A stretch of 63,722 nt of DNA, the filler included, from Neolecta irregularis DAH-3 (lineage: Eukaryota): the NCBI GenBank assembly GCA_001929475.1. It is 12 parts of 12 records of this genome, joined end to end, with 100 filler letters (N's around TTAATTAATTAA, not from the genome) between each part and the next. Parts side by side here need not be neighbours in the genome. Positions count along the whole stretch, not along the records: positions 47,139 to 54,777 come from LXFE01001122.1; positions 54,878 to 60,602 come from LXFE01001124.1; positions 60,703 to 63,722 come from LXFE01001133.1; 9 more parts are not named here. The stretch is one strand, 5' to 3'. Made by a program: the position numbers and the translations under genes. Below are positions 50,985 to 63,722 of this stretch, in pieces. Position 1 is the first letter of the stretch, and each line of letters begins with the position of its first letter. Below the pieces are notes generated by a model. The model had not been told where the DNA came from and ran no database searches. It saw nothing but the letters and a program-made list of their open reading frames with translations.

Positions 50985-51389
50985 CTAGCACTGATTTCTG
51001 TTTTCAATTTTGAATGGGGTTAGTGCCGCGTGTTGGAGTTTATCTGCGACATCCTTTGTGATGATAGCCTCGTTTTCTACATCATTGCAAGTGTTTACAT
51101 CTTCCACTGCTTTGAGCTCTACCACTGTCTCGATTGATGACTTTGTCTTAACTTGTGGTCCTACCACAGTTGGAGGCTTGTAGGATCGCCCAGTGGGGTT
51201 TTCGGTCCGTTGGGAGAAAGTGAGGGCGGAAAATTTCGTTTGATGAGATTTGTGAGACTTGGTCTGTTGAGGGAGAGTGTGGGAGAGAAAATTCCTCTGA
51301 TGAGATTTGTGAGTTTCGCTCGGTTGGGAGAAATTGTGGGAAGGACAATTCATTAGACGAGATTTGGGAGTAATGGTAACGACAGGCAT
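50985..51389 (-). CDS. Hypothetical low-complexity ORF with HKSHQ repeats
   Basis: ATG-initiated 134-aa ORF; imperfect repeats of about 57 bp (TGATGAGATTTGTGAG). Confidence 0.3.
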   Translation of the reverse strand: MPVVTITPKSRLMNCPSHNFSQPSETHKSHQRNFLSHTLPQQTKSHKSHQTKFSALTFSQRTENPTGRSYKPPTVVGPQVKTKSSIETVVELKAVEDVNTCNDVENEAIITKDVADKLQHAALTPFKIENRNQC

Positions 51390-52922
51390 GTCATCTTGGG
51401 AATTGTGTTGTAGAGACGCGGTAGTGTGTTAGGAGGATTGAGTGACAGAACGCGGATCGAAGCCAATAAATGTTCCTAGCCTAACTTTGGGCGTCCTAGT
51501 CTGTTGTCCTGTATTTGAGGACTGGACGACAGATGAACCTTGGTGGTCAACATATTCCGTATCCTGACCAGGTCCAGAGTCCCCATCAGATTGATTCCGT
51601 GGTGAAATGATTACCTAGTAATGCACCGGGCTTGTGGTCGAAAACTGGCCTCACCAAAGGGAGGATAAGTGAGACACGTGCAGTTGTTTCAGGAAGTGAG
51701 GCATCAGAACTCAATAACGCATACCTTTAATCCTCTACAATTATTCCCGAGACTAGATCATTATACGAGTCGAGAAATATTCGAAGGCTGATAAGCATCA
51801 ACTTGAGGAAAGGGGACCTAAGGAGCAGCTGCTGAAGTCGTTAGTAAACAAATGCTTACTTAAAACGATTTCTTCATACCGTTCAGTTGGACACCTACAG
51901 CATTAACGTTAACGAGACAGAGGGCAATACGAGTAATAACCGTTTTTGAGACTGCAAATCACGAGAGCCCTCCGAGCGGCATGCGATGTTTTCTCTCAGT
52001 TCTCCCTATGTGAGTGACAAGCATCCGGATCTCTATGTCTATTCGGCCAACGATGGACTCAACGATTAGTCATCGATTAGTCTGACAGTGCTCTCAGATC
52101 TCTTTGCGTGCTCAAGGCTTTTGTCAACACACCGACTTTTCGTGAGTGGTTTGATCGCATCCCGGGCACTTGCGAGCTATCTTGAAAGGTAATTTCACCA
52201 TTTACCATTGGTTGAATCCTTTTTATAATTACAAACCTCTGGTTAGAAACCCAGAGTTCCAAAACTAAGACAAGCGGCAGCTTCAACCGCCTCGTGCTTG
52301 CACGTTCTACAATGAAGCTAGGACCCTTTATCCTTACCACCGCAGAAAATTATGCCTATCCCTGAGCAAATGGCGTGATTAACTCCTGTTATGAAATCAT
52401 TTCTTCCCTCTTCCGTTTCAATTCATTCCTGAGACTTGAACTGTTTTATCAGTTCAACGCATAGTTCTCTATATTTATATCTAAAAGGTAGATATGCCTT
52501 TTACACAAGCTGCTCTTCAAGTAACGCAATGGTGTTATCGATGGCAACATCAGCGCCGCGTCACTTTTATATTTCCACTTTTTAGTTCATGCAAGAAACT
52601 AGCGCCGAATAGTTTTCACATATGTGAATCTTCCTTATCGCAGACCTTATTCTGTGAAATAAATAACAAATGGTCTTGACAGAGGAATTTACCTTTAAGT
52701 GGAACGACGCCAGACCCTGTTTCTTTCCGCTATTATGAGTCATTCACCTTCCAAAATAGCTATTATCATGCTAGTATTTTTGGATGCACTAGCTTATGAT
52801 CCTGCTGGCCCAATATTATACTCTCGGAAAGTCCTTCTCCGCGTTGAACCAAACAGGAGCTTCCAATCTTCACACAGCAAGGCGTCATTCTTTCTATTTA
52901 ATCTGCCTTGACTTCTCTTACA

Positions 52923-54681
52923 ATGACAAAGATGACTCCAATTGAATCTCAAAATGTCCTACCCGATGACTCGGGTACCAAAGAAACTATCCGAGAACTC
53001 TCCAACGCAGTCGACGTCAAATATTCTCGTAAAGTTAAAATTTTGAATGCCGAATTAGAGAAGATTGGCTATGGAAGATATCAAAAGAGATTGTTCTTGT
53101 TCGCCGGCCTAGGTATAGCATATTTGTACCTTGACCATCTAAGTTATAGCTTATTGTAATAACGATAGCTTGATATTTGCCACCGCCGCTTGCTTGCCGT
53201 CTATTATAGCTGAATGGAACCCGGAGCACGCACCAATGGCAACCTTGGCTTTAAACAGTGGAGTGCTCACAGGTTCAATCTTCTGGGGCATCATCTCAGA
53301 TGTTTACGGGTAGAATCCCTCGTCCAAGCGTAGATGCTAAAAGCTCTAGTCGTCGTCAGACGTTCAATCTCACAAGTTGTATTTCGAGTCTTTGTGCCAT
53401 ACTATGCGGATGCTCGCCTTCGTTTCCAGTATTTTGCATTGCAAATTCACTCATTGGTTTTGGAATTGGTGGTATTCTAACCATGAATGCGGCTTTATTT
53501 CTGGAATCAATTCAGCCATCAAAACAGGGCATGATGATGTTTTTATCCATAGGGTTTGCTGCTGGAACAGCTCTTGGAACTTTTTCCGCCTGGCCCCTAA
53601 TAAAATATTTCTCGTGCATTGATCTACCTGACCATTCACTTTGCACTCGAAAAAACAATATGGGTTGGAGATACCTCTACTTCATTCTGGGTACCTTGGA
53701 TATTTTATCTCACAACTCAACAACAGGTGGACTCGCAATTTGCTCCTTTGTCATACGCATTCCTTGCCATCACCTTCTTGAAACTCCCAAATGGCTTCTA
53801 TCAAAGGATCGAGAGGCAGATATGTTGATTGTGCTTCAAGCAATGGCAAAAAGAAATCACACAACCTCATCATTGACATTGAGTGATTTACAAGAGAAAA
53901 ACAGTACCTTGGTCGAAGTGGCTTCTCGGAATGTGTCGATCCCTCTCCCTCGGCTCCAACACAAATTTAAACTGATACATAGTTTATTTTCATCAAAGCA
54001 ATTGGGCATATTTACATTGATGATTACCCTAGTACAGAAATTTCAATAACTATACTGACCTTCAGATCTGGGGCGCCATAGGGCTAGCATATCCGCTCTT
54101 CAACTATTTCCTTCCCATTTACCTCGGGTATGTCCAGATAAAAATATCACTAATAGCAAATAGTTCTCATCAGAGAAGCAGCAATAATTCCTCTGATGCG
54201 GTATCCGGCGAGTTTGCAATAATCACATTTGTAGGGATACCGGCGTCATTTCTGTCAGTCTATTTGGTTTCTACCAGTGTCGGTCGACGAGGTGTCATGT
54301 CCATCTCGGCATTTTGCGTTGGATTATTCCTCATTCTTTTCACTAGGGCGTATGATAAAGCATCTATCATGGGGTTGAACTGCTGCATTTGCATTTTTCA
54401 AACCATCGTGTACGGAGTTCTTTAGTAAGTCTAGATCATCTTGGTGATTGCTAATGAGCAGTTCCTATACTTCCGAAGTCTTTCCTGCACCAATCCGAGG
54501 CACTGGAAATGGTCTAGTTATTTCGTTCAACCGATTTTGTGGACTGGTCGCTCCTCTCATCGCCAGCTACACAGACCTTGAGAACAATTTTCCGATCTTT
54601 GTAAGTGCTGGTTTATTTTTTGCGTCTTCCATTTTGCTGGCTCTATTGCCCTTTGAAACTCGGGGGACTATCAGTTTATAG
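52923..54681 (+). CDS. MFS transporter (SV2/sugar-transporter-like)
   Basis: IGYGRYQKRLF, WGIISDVYGRR, NMGWRYL, ETPKWL, YTSEVFPAPIRGTG, LPFETRG. Confidence 0.9.
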
Positions 54682-55160
54682 AAAGAGAAGAGACGCAACA
54701 TATACATTTGGGGTCTCTTTTGTAATAGACTAATCACATATATATTTATGATTTACTTGACTAGTTTATATTCAAAANNNNNNNNNNNNNNNNNNNNNNN
54801 NNNNNNNNNNNNNNNNNNNNNTTAATTAATTAANNNNNNNNNNNNNNNNNNNNNNNNNNNNNNNNNNNNNNNNNNNNAGTATTGCGGGTGGTGGTATTGG
54901 AAGGAGCGCGGGTAGTATTGCGGGGATTGGCAGTGGTGGAGGGAGTGTGGGTAGTATTGCGGGTATTTGCAGTCTCGGAGGGAGGATTCGCAGTATTGGA
55001 GCGAGGATTGGAGCGAGGATTACGCGGGCGGGGGTTCGGGTCCAGGTGCAGGCCGGCAGCAGAGCGGGGACGCGCAGACATGGGCAGCAGCGGGGGATGC
55101 AAGGCACGTCTCACGTCTGCACGTGCGTACTGCCTCCATACCTTCTGTCCTCTCCCGCTC

Positions 55161-55252
55161 TACCCCGTACTCTACCCTCTTCCCTACTACCCGTACTCTA
55201 CCCTCTTCCCTACTACCCGTACTCTACCCTCTTCCCTACTACCCGTACTCTA
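55161..55252. repeat. 26-bp tandem repeat, about 3.5 copies, in a C-rich promoter region
   Basis: CCCGTACTCTACCCTCTTCCCTACTA units. Confidence 0.85.
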
Positions 55253-55313
55253 TCCCTAACCCATACTCTATCTGCACCACTACCTCTACCATACACACCC
55301 TCTGCACTACCCG

Positions 55314-56257
55314 ATGCCCCCCGCTGTCCCCGAGGCCGAAGGCATGCTGGGCGCCCTGCTCTCCTCGCTCGTCCCAGACCACTCGCCCTCGCGCTCGCGC
55401 TCCTCGCTCTCGCTCTCGCTCCCCCTCATGACAAACAACTTCCGCCGCTTCTCTGCCCGCATCGACGTCATCTTCGAGACCCAGGCCCGCATCGCCGCCC
55501 TCTTTGCCTGGACCGCGCCCGCCTACTCGCTCTCCGTCCTGCTCGCGTTCACCCTCCTCTGTCTGCACCCGCATCTGCTCCCCGCGCTGCCCGCGCTGCT
55601 GCTGCTGCTGCTCCGCATCGTCCCCGCCCACATCGCCGACCACCCCCAGTCGCCGCTGTCCTCCCCCGCGCTCCCCGCCCAGGACCCAAACAGAGCCTTC
55701 ATGCTCAACATGCGCCACATCCAGGCACCCGCCCCCTTGCTCCTCCGTTCCCCGCTGATCGCCAGAACTCAATGGCAGACTATGTCGACCTCTACGATTC
55801 CCTCGCTGCCCGCTTCGCCATCCTTGCCCGCCAAGACCTCAACACCTGGCTCGCATACCTCTCCCTCTCCCTCATCGCCGCTTCCCTCCTCTTTGCAAAA
55901 TACCTCCCTTGGCGCTTCCTCATTATTACTACAGTCTGGACCGCCGTCCTCTCTCTGCATCCAAACTTTCCTCGATCCTCGCTAAACTTGCGCCCTTTAC
56001 TCAGAAAAGGTCGGGATTCCCTGGCCAGAGACTTTGTCCTAGAACCCCCGCAAGTCACCCTCGTCCAAACCTTTCAGAGACAAAAACTCTTGAATGACAC
56101 CTGGATGGACTTGGGCGTTCCTCTCTCACATGTTCTGCCCCCAGTCGGTTGGGACTATATCGGCGAATGGACTCACCTCGACTGGGTCGAAAAGGATGCT
56201 GTCCGCAAGCGAAGACTCACAAGGCACGTCGTCAGACACGTTCTAATCCAGCCATGA
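55314..56257 (+). CDS. PEX29: Pex24/Pex28/Pex29-family peroxin (compact)
   Basis: LSLPLMTNNFRRFSARI, FAWTAP, FMLNMRHIQ|NSMADY; C-terminal DysF-like PPVGW...VRKRRLTR; GC-AG intron 55725-55765. Confidence 0.8.
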
Positions 56258-56336
56258 CATCATACTCCTATATTACCCATTGACCCGACCTACACCTATT
56301 CCTAATGACACACCTATCCGCCAATGACCCATACTT

Positions 56337-56400
56337 GTCTCATTAAACATCCATCACTCCAACCATGTCTCATTAAACCTCCATCACTCCAACCATGTCT
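56337..56400. repeat. 30-bp tandem duplication spanning the MAF1 stop codon
   Basis: TGTCTCATTAAAC(A/C)TCCATCACTCCAACCA x2. Confidence 0.85.
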
Positions 56401-57180
56401 TCTTCAGAGTACTGTGCACCCCAATTATCCCCATCCACAGATTCCTCATCTTCATGCGTGGCGTTCTGACGTCAGCAAGCCGCGTGACAAATACTACAAA
56501 CCTTGCTCAACCCACGCAGACTCAAATAAAGTACCCTTTTCAAATGTTTGTTGAAGAAAAAGTATGTAGCGCTCCATATCAATCCGTCTCCCCCATGCGG
56601 ATCGGAGTCGCCGTCAGGATAATAGCTATAAATATCACAATTTAATAATTCCACATGGTGATCTATTAGATCCCACATCGCCTGCAACTGCTTCCCTCGT
56701 CCCAAATTAAATAAAGTGGTATTAAACGTATTCATAACAATTTTTAAATTCCGCTCTTTGCGGAAATCAAACGGTTGTAATATTGAGAAATCGTGATCGG
56801 GATGAGATGCGTTTAATGTTGCGACTAGATATACAAATGTTCGTCGAGAAGATATTAAATCTAATGGTCCAAATGGACTTTTCGCGATATTCTTGGAGGT
56901 ATCGTCTGGCGAAAGAGATCTTGCTAGAGCCAACGTCTCTTGCATTCGAGCTTCCAAATGTCGTTCAAGCTGTTTATACAGTTTCTTGTCAACGCCCGCT
57001 GCCTATAATATCAGCCTCCTTCTCGCTAAGGGCTACCTTGGTTGTATATAGTTCGCATTTGCCGCTGACCCGACAATCTTGCGCTTCAAAAGATAGCCCG
57101 CGGCTGATAGTTTCAAAATCGCTGATTTCTAGAAACTATCGGATCAGAGCAATATCGTTGGCGTATCGTTATACTTTCAT
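56373..57180 (-). CDS. MAF1: RNA polymerase III repressor Maf1
   Basis: MK|FLE, CELYTTK|AAGVDKKLYK, FGPL..SSRRTFVYLVATLNASHPDHDFS, IWSATYFFFNKHLKRV. Confidence 0.96.
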
Positions 57181-57342
57181 CCAAAAAGATAATACGATGA
57201 TGGTCGTACGGGAAGTCGTAAAGTGGATCGGCAGGAAGGTGGGCTGCCCTTCTCGTGAAACCCGCTTCAGGATTATACCACGTGACCATTCTTTATCTTC
57301 CCCCGCGGCCGCGCCTTGCCTTGGCTAGTTTCTTTTTTGCCC

Positions 57343-57766
57343 ATGGCTGAAGACGAGTATGTGTCTTCTAGAGGAGGCCTTAAATTGAAAGGCGGAACCG
57401 GCGGCCGCGTAGAAAAGTTGAACAACCCGGGATAATCTGACATGAGATAGGAAAAAGAAGAAGAAACCATCACCATCATCACCCTCTGCTTTTCCTGAAA
57501 AAACGATAAAACCTAGTTCTTTACAACAAGAAAACACCACTCAAGCGACTCCTATTATCGTGAAAACTGACGCCGAAAAGAAATTCGAGTTGATTAGACG
57601 GCAGCGAATGGACGAACGATTGAAAGATATTTCGTCGAAATCGCATAAAGAACGAGTATCTGATTTGAACAAGTACCTTGGCTCCCTTTCAGACCATATG
57701 GATCTTCCCAAGGTATATAAATTCAATCATTTGTCTACTTTATTAACCTTTTTTTTCCAGACATGA
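57343..57766 (+). CDS. FAM32A/DUF1754 family protein (last exon uncertain)
   Basis: GGLKLKG, KTDAEKKF, SHKERVSDLNKYLGSLSDHMDLPK. Confidence 0.85.
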
Positions 57767-57917
57767 ATTTTGATACGGCGTGTAATTAGACTGGCAATGA
57801 AACTGCAGAAATAGTATGCTGTACATCTCAGTTGATTGGATTGGATTGTTAGGAATCTGTAGAGTAAATTTTACCCTTTCTTACTCGTGATTTTTGAACC
57901 TCCCCTATTTACTTTTC

Positions 57918-59193
57918 ATGTCTACATCTGCTGAACCTTCACCTGCTGCTGCTGCCTCTGGACCCCAAGAATCTATTACTGTCATTGAATATATTCGTGC
58001 TCAAGAGGAATTGTAAGATACCCTTGTTCCAATTTTGGGTTGATTTCAAGGGAGAATGAAGCTCGTGAGGTATATCCGTTCAGCCACGACAAATGCACGT
58101 ATTTCCAGGGACCTGTAAAACCCCCCTCGATCTTTCGGTTTATAAAGCCTAGTTGCGTCAAAGCGTGTATGCTTGTCGTTCATGTGATCCACAATCCCCC
58201 GAATCTCAACGTGGCGGTATATGTTACAGCTGTTCAATCGAATGTCACGGCGGTATTTCACAAAAGACCAAGATCTATTCTTACTCAATAGACCATGAAC
58301 TCGTTGAACTTTTTAGTAAACGCGATTTTACGTGCGATTGTGGAACGGACAGGCTAGGCTCTTCTTCGTGCCGTCTTCGGAAAAACCGCGAACCAGTGAA
58401 TTCATCCAACCAATATGATCACAATTTCCAAGGTCGTTTTTGTGTGTGTGATCAATTTTACAATCCGGAAGAAGAATCGACCATGTTTCAATGCCTCTTG
58501 TGCGAAGATTGGTTCCATGATACCTGTTTAAGCGATGTTCCTAATCACGAATCGTTCGAATGGATGGTGTGTAAATCTTGTTTTGAAGGATTTCCGTACC
58601 TGGCGAGGTATCAAGCATCTACTTGGTCTCGTGAACCCATTCCTGATGACTCGACCGTCGAAAATACTGATCTACTTGATTCGAATTCAGGCAAACGACA
58701 AGCTCAAGATGAATTAACTGCCCCCTCCAAGAAAATCAAAATTTATAATAATGGAGATCGTGGGGATTGTACTTGGAAACGGCTACCACTTGCACAAAAC
58801 AGCCATGCTAATTTATATCTACCGTCAAATTTCAGGGATTTTCTTTGTTCTTGTGTAGAGGTACATCCACCAACGATTTACCCTTTTATTGATTTTAGTG
58901 TAAACGGATTTTAGCAAGGTATCCCATGATTGAGAAAGAGGAAGAAACATATCAACCTCCAATTGATCAAAGCGATAGTAAGATACCATTTAACACTGCC
59001 TCACAGAATAGATGGAAGTCTTCTGGACGCCGGTACACGAGCTCTAGATTCTATGGACAGATCGAAAGCTTATCATGGACTAGCTGCTTTCACACAATTA
59101 AAAGGCAAACTTAAAGATTTTTTCAGAGAGTTTGCTAGGACGGGTCAAGTCGTTACCAAAGACGATGTCGATGGATTCTTTGGCAAGATTTAA
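57918..59193 (+). CDS. mlo2: UBR-box/PHD protein UBR7
   Basis: LRQSVYACRSC, GICYSCSIECHG, LVELFSKRDFTCDCG, MFQCLLCEDWFHDTC, VVTKDDVDGFF. Confidence 0.92.
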
Positions 59194-61433
59194 GGACGAC
59201 TTGAATATATTTGATTGTATCGTTTTGGGTGGGTTACTCTAGGTCTTTCAAGCTTGATCATTTGTAATAAACCAGGTTCTCTGTCCAATATTACGACAGT
59301 CAGTGCAGGAGATCAAATAGTATTGGAAAATCAGAAATGGATTGAACTTGCCCAATTGAGGCAGCAGTGTCTGCTCCAATTAGCAATAACGAATACAGCT
59401 CAAGAGCTATCCTAATCTTTAAATCAGAAAACTAAAGGCCAAATAGATTACACAGCCAGTACAATTATCTCCATCACTACCCTCTGAATTCTTTTTCGTT
59501 TATAGTGCCTTTGGTTGAAGGTCTCGTTGACCTCATGGTCTGATATTATGTTTTAGACAGGGACTCTAGGAGACTTACTTCCCACAAAGGTACGCAGACT
59601 TTTGAGTAGAAAAACTACTTTCAAACTCGACATTCAGACATAATAACCAGAGAGCACACTGTTAGTGCGACTTTGTGAGGTTGAAATCCAGCTAGCTCAA
59701 GACTTTCTTATCTTGAGTCCATTCGAATGCTATAAACGATCGGAGTGTGAGTGAATCATGTTGGTGAGAAAATATGAATAGAAAGAGCGTAGGTCTGGTA
59801 CTGTTTACATATTTAATAATTTGTTGAAATTACTTTTCGCCATCATACTTTCTCTAATTGAGACAGGCTTATTCAAATATTCTGTAAAGAGGACACTACA
59901 AGTGCAATACAATGTCTCTGATTGGACGCTTCATGTGTAAATAACAAAACATACATGTTCTGTACCTGCATTTAATCTCATGCGAATGTCTCTGGACAAA
60001 TAATTAACCTTCCATATCCATTGATTCTTTTCACCATCAGTATGAATATAAATTTGGCTCAGTGCTCCCTGCTTGTAATACTGCTCAGCAACCATCTGAT
60101 TTGGTAATAACCATGAGTCAACATGAATGACAGTCAGGTGCACAATTTGTACAATTGTAAATTAAGTATGTTGAACAATCAGAAATAGATATAGTTCAAG
60201 GGTTGGCACGAATTATTCAAGTTTAGGACATCTCAATTTAAAATTTCCCGATCTGTAATTAACCGCCACATGAATTCCGGGCAAAAAAGACCATCATCTG
60301 AATCTCTGCAACCATAAAACGAGAGCGCGTTATATTAAAACTCAACTATCTGCACAACCACTCCAATCAAATTTATTGCTCATGGTAAAGTTGGAATCCT
60401 CACGATCAGCAAAATCTGCTGACACCAAATTGTCTGGGGAAATTGACTGGGAAAATTGTCTTACTCAGAGCGCAATAAAAGGCGTTTTGCTTCCATGTAC
60501 ATAAGCAGGCCTGTTTCCCACTATGACGGGCTTTTAACCATCTATCTGAATAGAATCAGTTACTCTTCAAGGTACTCTACGCTATTCAGGAAGCAACCAA
60601 CGNNNNNNNNNNNNNNNNNNNNNNNNNNNNNNNNNNNNNNNNNNNNTTAATTAATTAANNNNNNNNNNNNNNNNNNNNNNNNNNNNNNNNNNNNNNNNNN
60701 NNTAAATCATAACGTTCTAGACTTGTTTTGTAAACTAAATTGTGTTTCTGTTCAGATTTAAAGTCACAAAGAATATCGTTCTCTGATCTCTTGAATAACT
60801 ACTGATAGTTACTATCTTGATTCTCAAGTGGCATGCAATTAGGGAATCTTGACGTATTCTTAACGTGGCGACGAACGTGAAAAGAATACTGATCCAGTCA
60901 GTGTTCTCAGCAACCACCATTTTCATCCAAATATCCAAATATTAGTTCAAAAGATCTTAAGGGTGTGTTCACCAGCAAGTTGGGTTCAGATTGGTCGAGG
61001 GGATTTGATATGTAGGGATATCCGATTACTTACTGGAATTCGTTCCTTGGGCTTAGTAGATAGAACTTGGAGCACGCTTCTAAATTACAAACAAACGGCA
61101 ATCAATCAATTAATTTGCCGCATGGGCCTGACAAATATCGGCGGTATTTGATGTCGTAACAGCCGGAAATATAGAGCAAGGTCTTTTTTTCTTTTGGTTT
61201 CATGTTGAGCCTCGGCGTAGGACGTCGATTGACACACGGCTGGCTAAATAGGGGCGCTCTATTTTGGCAGGAATAAAGATCAAGTTCTGTAATTAGGTGC
61301 AAAAAGGACTGGATTGTTGAACTAGGTGGTCTGGTCCCTTGTACTTGTATGATGACTACATTGCAAAATAGATATCCGGTATATGTACACTATATCACAA
61401 AATAAGCGTCAAAGATGAATAATCGTTTAATCA

Positions 61434-63437
61434 TCATTTCTTCTTCTTGGGTTTCCGTGACGCGGGCTGGGAAATAATAACCGTACCTTCAGCAGCCTCG
61501 GGATTTTCAGCCAGCTTATCTCGCGCACTCAAGAAAAAAGTCAAATCTCGAACTTGCTCTCGCAGGTCGCTGAGCTCTGTGTCCTTCTCCTTTTGTTGTT
61601 CTGCAAGAGTGGCCTTTTCTTTCTGTACATGCTCCAAACGCTTCATAATGCCTTGGTTGATACTTTTCTCCTCATGCCACCGATTTTCGAGGTTTTTAGC
61701 CATGGCCGTAAGTTTCTCGGATTTTATTATTGCTCGGTTGGTATTTCGTTCCAGTTCAGGTAAAATTATGTTTGAAATTTCTTGCTTTTCTAGACATATT
61801 CGGTCATAGTCAGATCGTAATCTATCGACTTCTAAAAGAGCTTTTTGAGCCCTTTCGGCAGCTTGTGCGGCTTTATCAGCGGCAATTGTTATTTTATCTT
61901 CGTAGTATACTCTCTGCGATTCGAGTTGAGAGGTTAATAGATGAGTGTACTCTATCCCGATGGCATCAATCTTGTCCCGGGGAACAAAGTCTGTTCCGCC
62001 AGTGTCTGGGGGATCCGATTGGCTACCAGCTGGAAGCTCGACGAGCTTTCCATCGGCTTTGTTTTGTATCAATCGATGAACGTAGCCGTCACCTGCATAA
62101 TCCCAGACTCTTTGAGACTCTAGGTCCATAGCGTAAAGATGACTTGTATGCAAAAAGTGAGTATAAGCATGGGCAGAATCATATCTTCCGCAGCCTAGAC
62201 TCTTAGACGTAGTTGAGGAATTTTATACCGATGTGACCACAGATTAGGCAAATCCAAAGATTGGAAACGCCGTTGCATTCAGTGCAGACACTATAATCGG
62301 CTTCATCGCGCTTAATTGTGGAGACCTTTTGAGAATAGCGACATACGGGACAACTGTGTGTCAGTTGTGAGGTATATGCATTTTGCACCTGCTATCAGCC
62401 CACTTACTCAGACAAGTGCAATGAAATGTATGCTGGCATAATATTGTCAAGAGACCGGTGATGGACGAATCCATGCGTTCCAAGCAAACGGGACATGTGG
62501 GCTGGCAGAATCAGTCTAGATCTCTGGCAGAGGATACGAGTTCATGAAGAGCAGGGGTGGGAGGCGGAATAGGGCGAATGGAAGTGGCGAGTCCTTTTAT
62601 GGCGCTGGAAGATTCTACGGAGGGAGAGAAAGGATCGTTGGCGAGGTATTGGAACTGACTAGGTTTCTCTGCAGAGACTTCGAATTCGACAGATTTGATG
62701 AAGACCACATGGCAGTTTTCTGGCTAGACGAATCAAGGTGGCATACAAAGGGATGAGGGGTACCTCCATTGAATTGAACAGTCTGCCATTGTATGCTTGG
62801 CAGAACATTCTAGCAGGCTTGTGGCGTCGAAACTTGATCAGGACCATGTAGCGGTTACGATCTACGGTTCTGGGGGTGGGAGATAAGCGAGGAGCGTAGG
62901 GTGTGCAACGCACCTAATCATACGAAAGTGGGAAACGTTCTTTTGGGCTTCTTCGCCGACAAAGCCAAGAAAGTCTGACGGGGTCATATAACTGGGAACG
63001 GCAAGGACAGCGGCGATGCAGTGTTCGTTTGGGGTGTCCACGTCATCGAGGTGGTTGTTCTGAGAGGAAGACTTTTCTTTGACGAGATCTGCCGAGTCAC
63101 GGAAGAGCCGCAGGACGCCAAAGCCGATATGGGCGTGGCCAGAGGAATAATCGGTGCCGAGGGGGACGAAGCAGCCCTTTGGGGCGGCGTGGGAGTGGGC
63201 CTTTGGCGGGGAGACAGGGGAGCCCATGTCGAACCAGTGGATGATGATATGGCCGAGGCGAGAATCTGGAGAAGACCGGGGCTCTGGGGCGGGGAGGGAT
63301 GGTGATACGAGGGGGAGCGGGCTGTGGGAGGGCAGCAGGCCAAAGAGGTCTGGGGGGAGCAGCGGGGGCGTGCGGGCGGCGAGACCAGCGATGGGTCCGG
63401 GCTGGGCGATCAGGCTGAACCGGAGATGGTATGGCAT
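61434..63437 (-). CDS. ETP1: BRAP2/IMP RING and zf-UBP ubiquitin ligase
   Basis: [74 protein letters not shown]. Confidence 0.95.
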
Positions 63438-63667
63438 CGGCAGCGGGGTCCGCAGGCGCAGCAGCGATGCGGGCAGAGCACACGGGGCGGGCAATGGCAA
63501 CAGACAACAGACAGACAATACAGGCAGAGCGGCGCGAGCCAGGGGCAGGCGTGGGAACAGACGGCTGCTGATGCTGCGGCTAGCGGCAACCGGCACATCT
63601 GGGGTCGCTGGCGGGCGGGTGTCGCCTACAAAACCCTCGCCGTGCCCCTGGCGGCCCCCGTCTTTGC

Positions 63668-63722
63668 CTGTGCCTGTCTGTCTGACTGACTGTCTGACTG
63701 ACTGTCTGTCTGACTGACTGCT
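63668..63722. repeat. (CTGT/CTGA)n microsatellite
   Basis: Tetranucleotide run at the window end. Confidence 0.85.

Noticed and set aside
48671-52900. Short ORFs in gene-poor stretches (also 19200-20000, 27450-28400, 31100-32260, 59200-61400)
   Set aside because: No recognisable motifs and frequent stops; may be decayed sequence but cannot be supported
4564-60702. Recurrent TTAATTAATTAA palindrome as a biological repeat or CRISPR-like array
   Set aside because: Always centred in fixed-length N runs; it is an artificial six-frame-stop linker

Overview
Intron-rich fungal (eukaryotic) genomic scaffold made of about 12 contigs joined by artificial N-TTAATTAATTAA-N spacers, so adjacency across spacers is unproven. 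Compact intergenic regions, very short introns (mostly 35-45 nt) and the gene content suggest an early-diverging ascomycete (Taphrinomycotina, Neolecta-like); this assignment is inference only. Recognisable genes: a cytochrome P450, a probable PEX6 N-terminus, CLIP-170/Tip1, GTB1, TLG2, TRF4/cid14, a DHCR7-type sterol delta-7 reductase, D-amino acid oxidase, RRP45, a CLC channel, IAH1, CDC27, Hook, SSC1, an MFS transporter, PEX28/29, MAF1, FAM32A, UBR7/mlo2 and BRAP2/ETP1. A CpG-depleted nested transposon cluster (gypsy, hAT, pogo/Fot1, solo LTRs) spans about 38.6-47.9 kb. Most interesting: (1) an orphan family of three PAN/apple-like Cys-domain proteins, two of which share an unrecognised C-terminal domain and look secreted; (2) a sterol delta-7 reductase implying non-ergosterol membranes; (3) at least 7 weak-consensus GC-AG introns; (4) direct evidence of CpG-directed mutation in repeats; (5) steep 5' GC islands in a subset of genes. 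Exon boundaries were inferred by eye.
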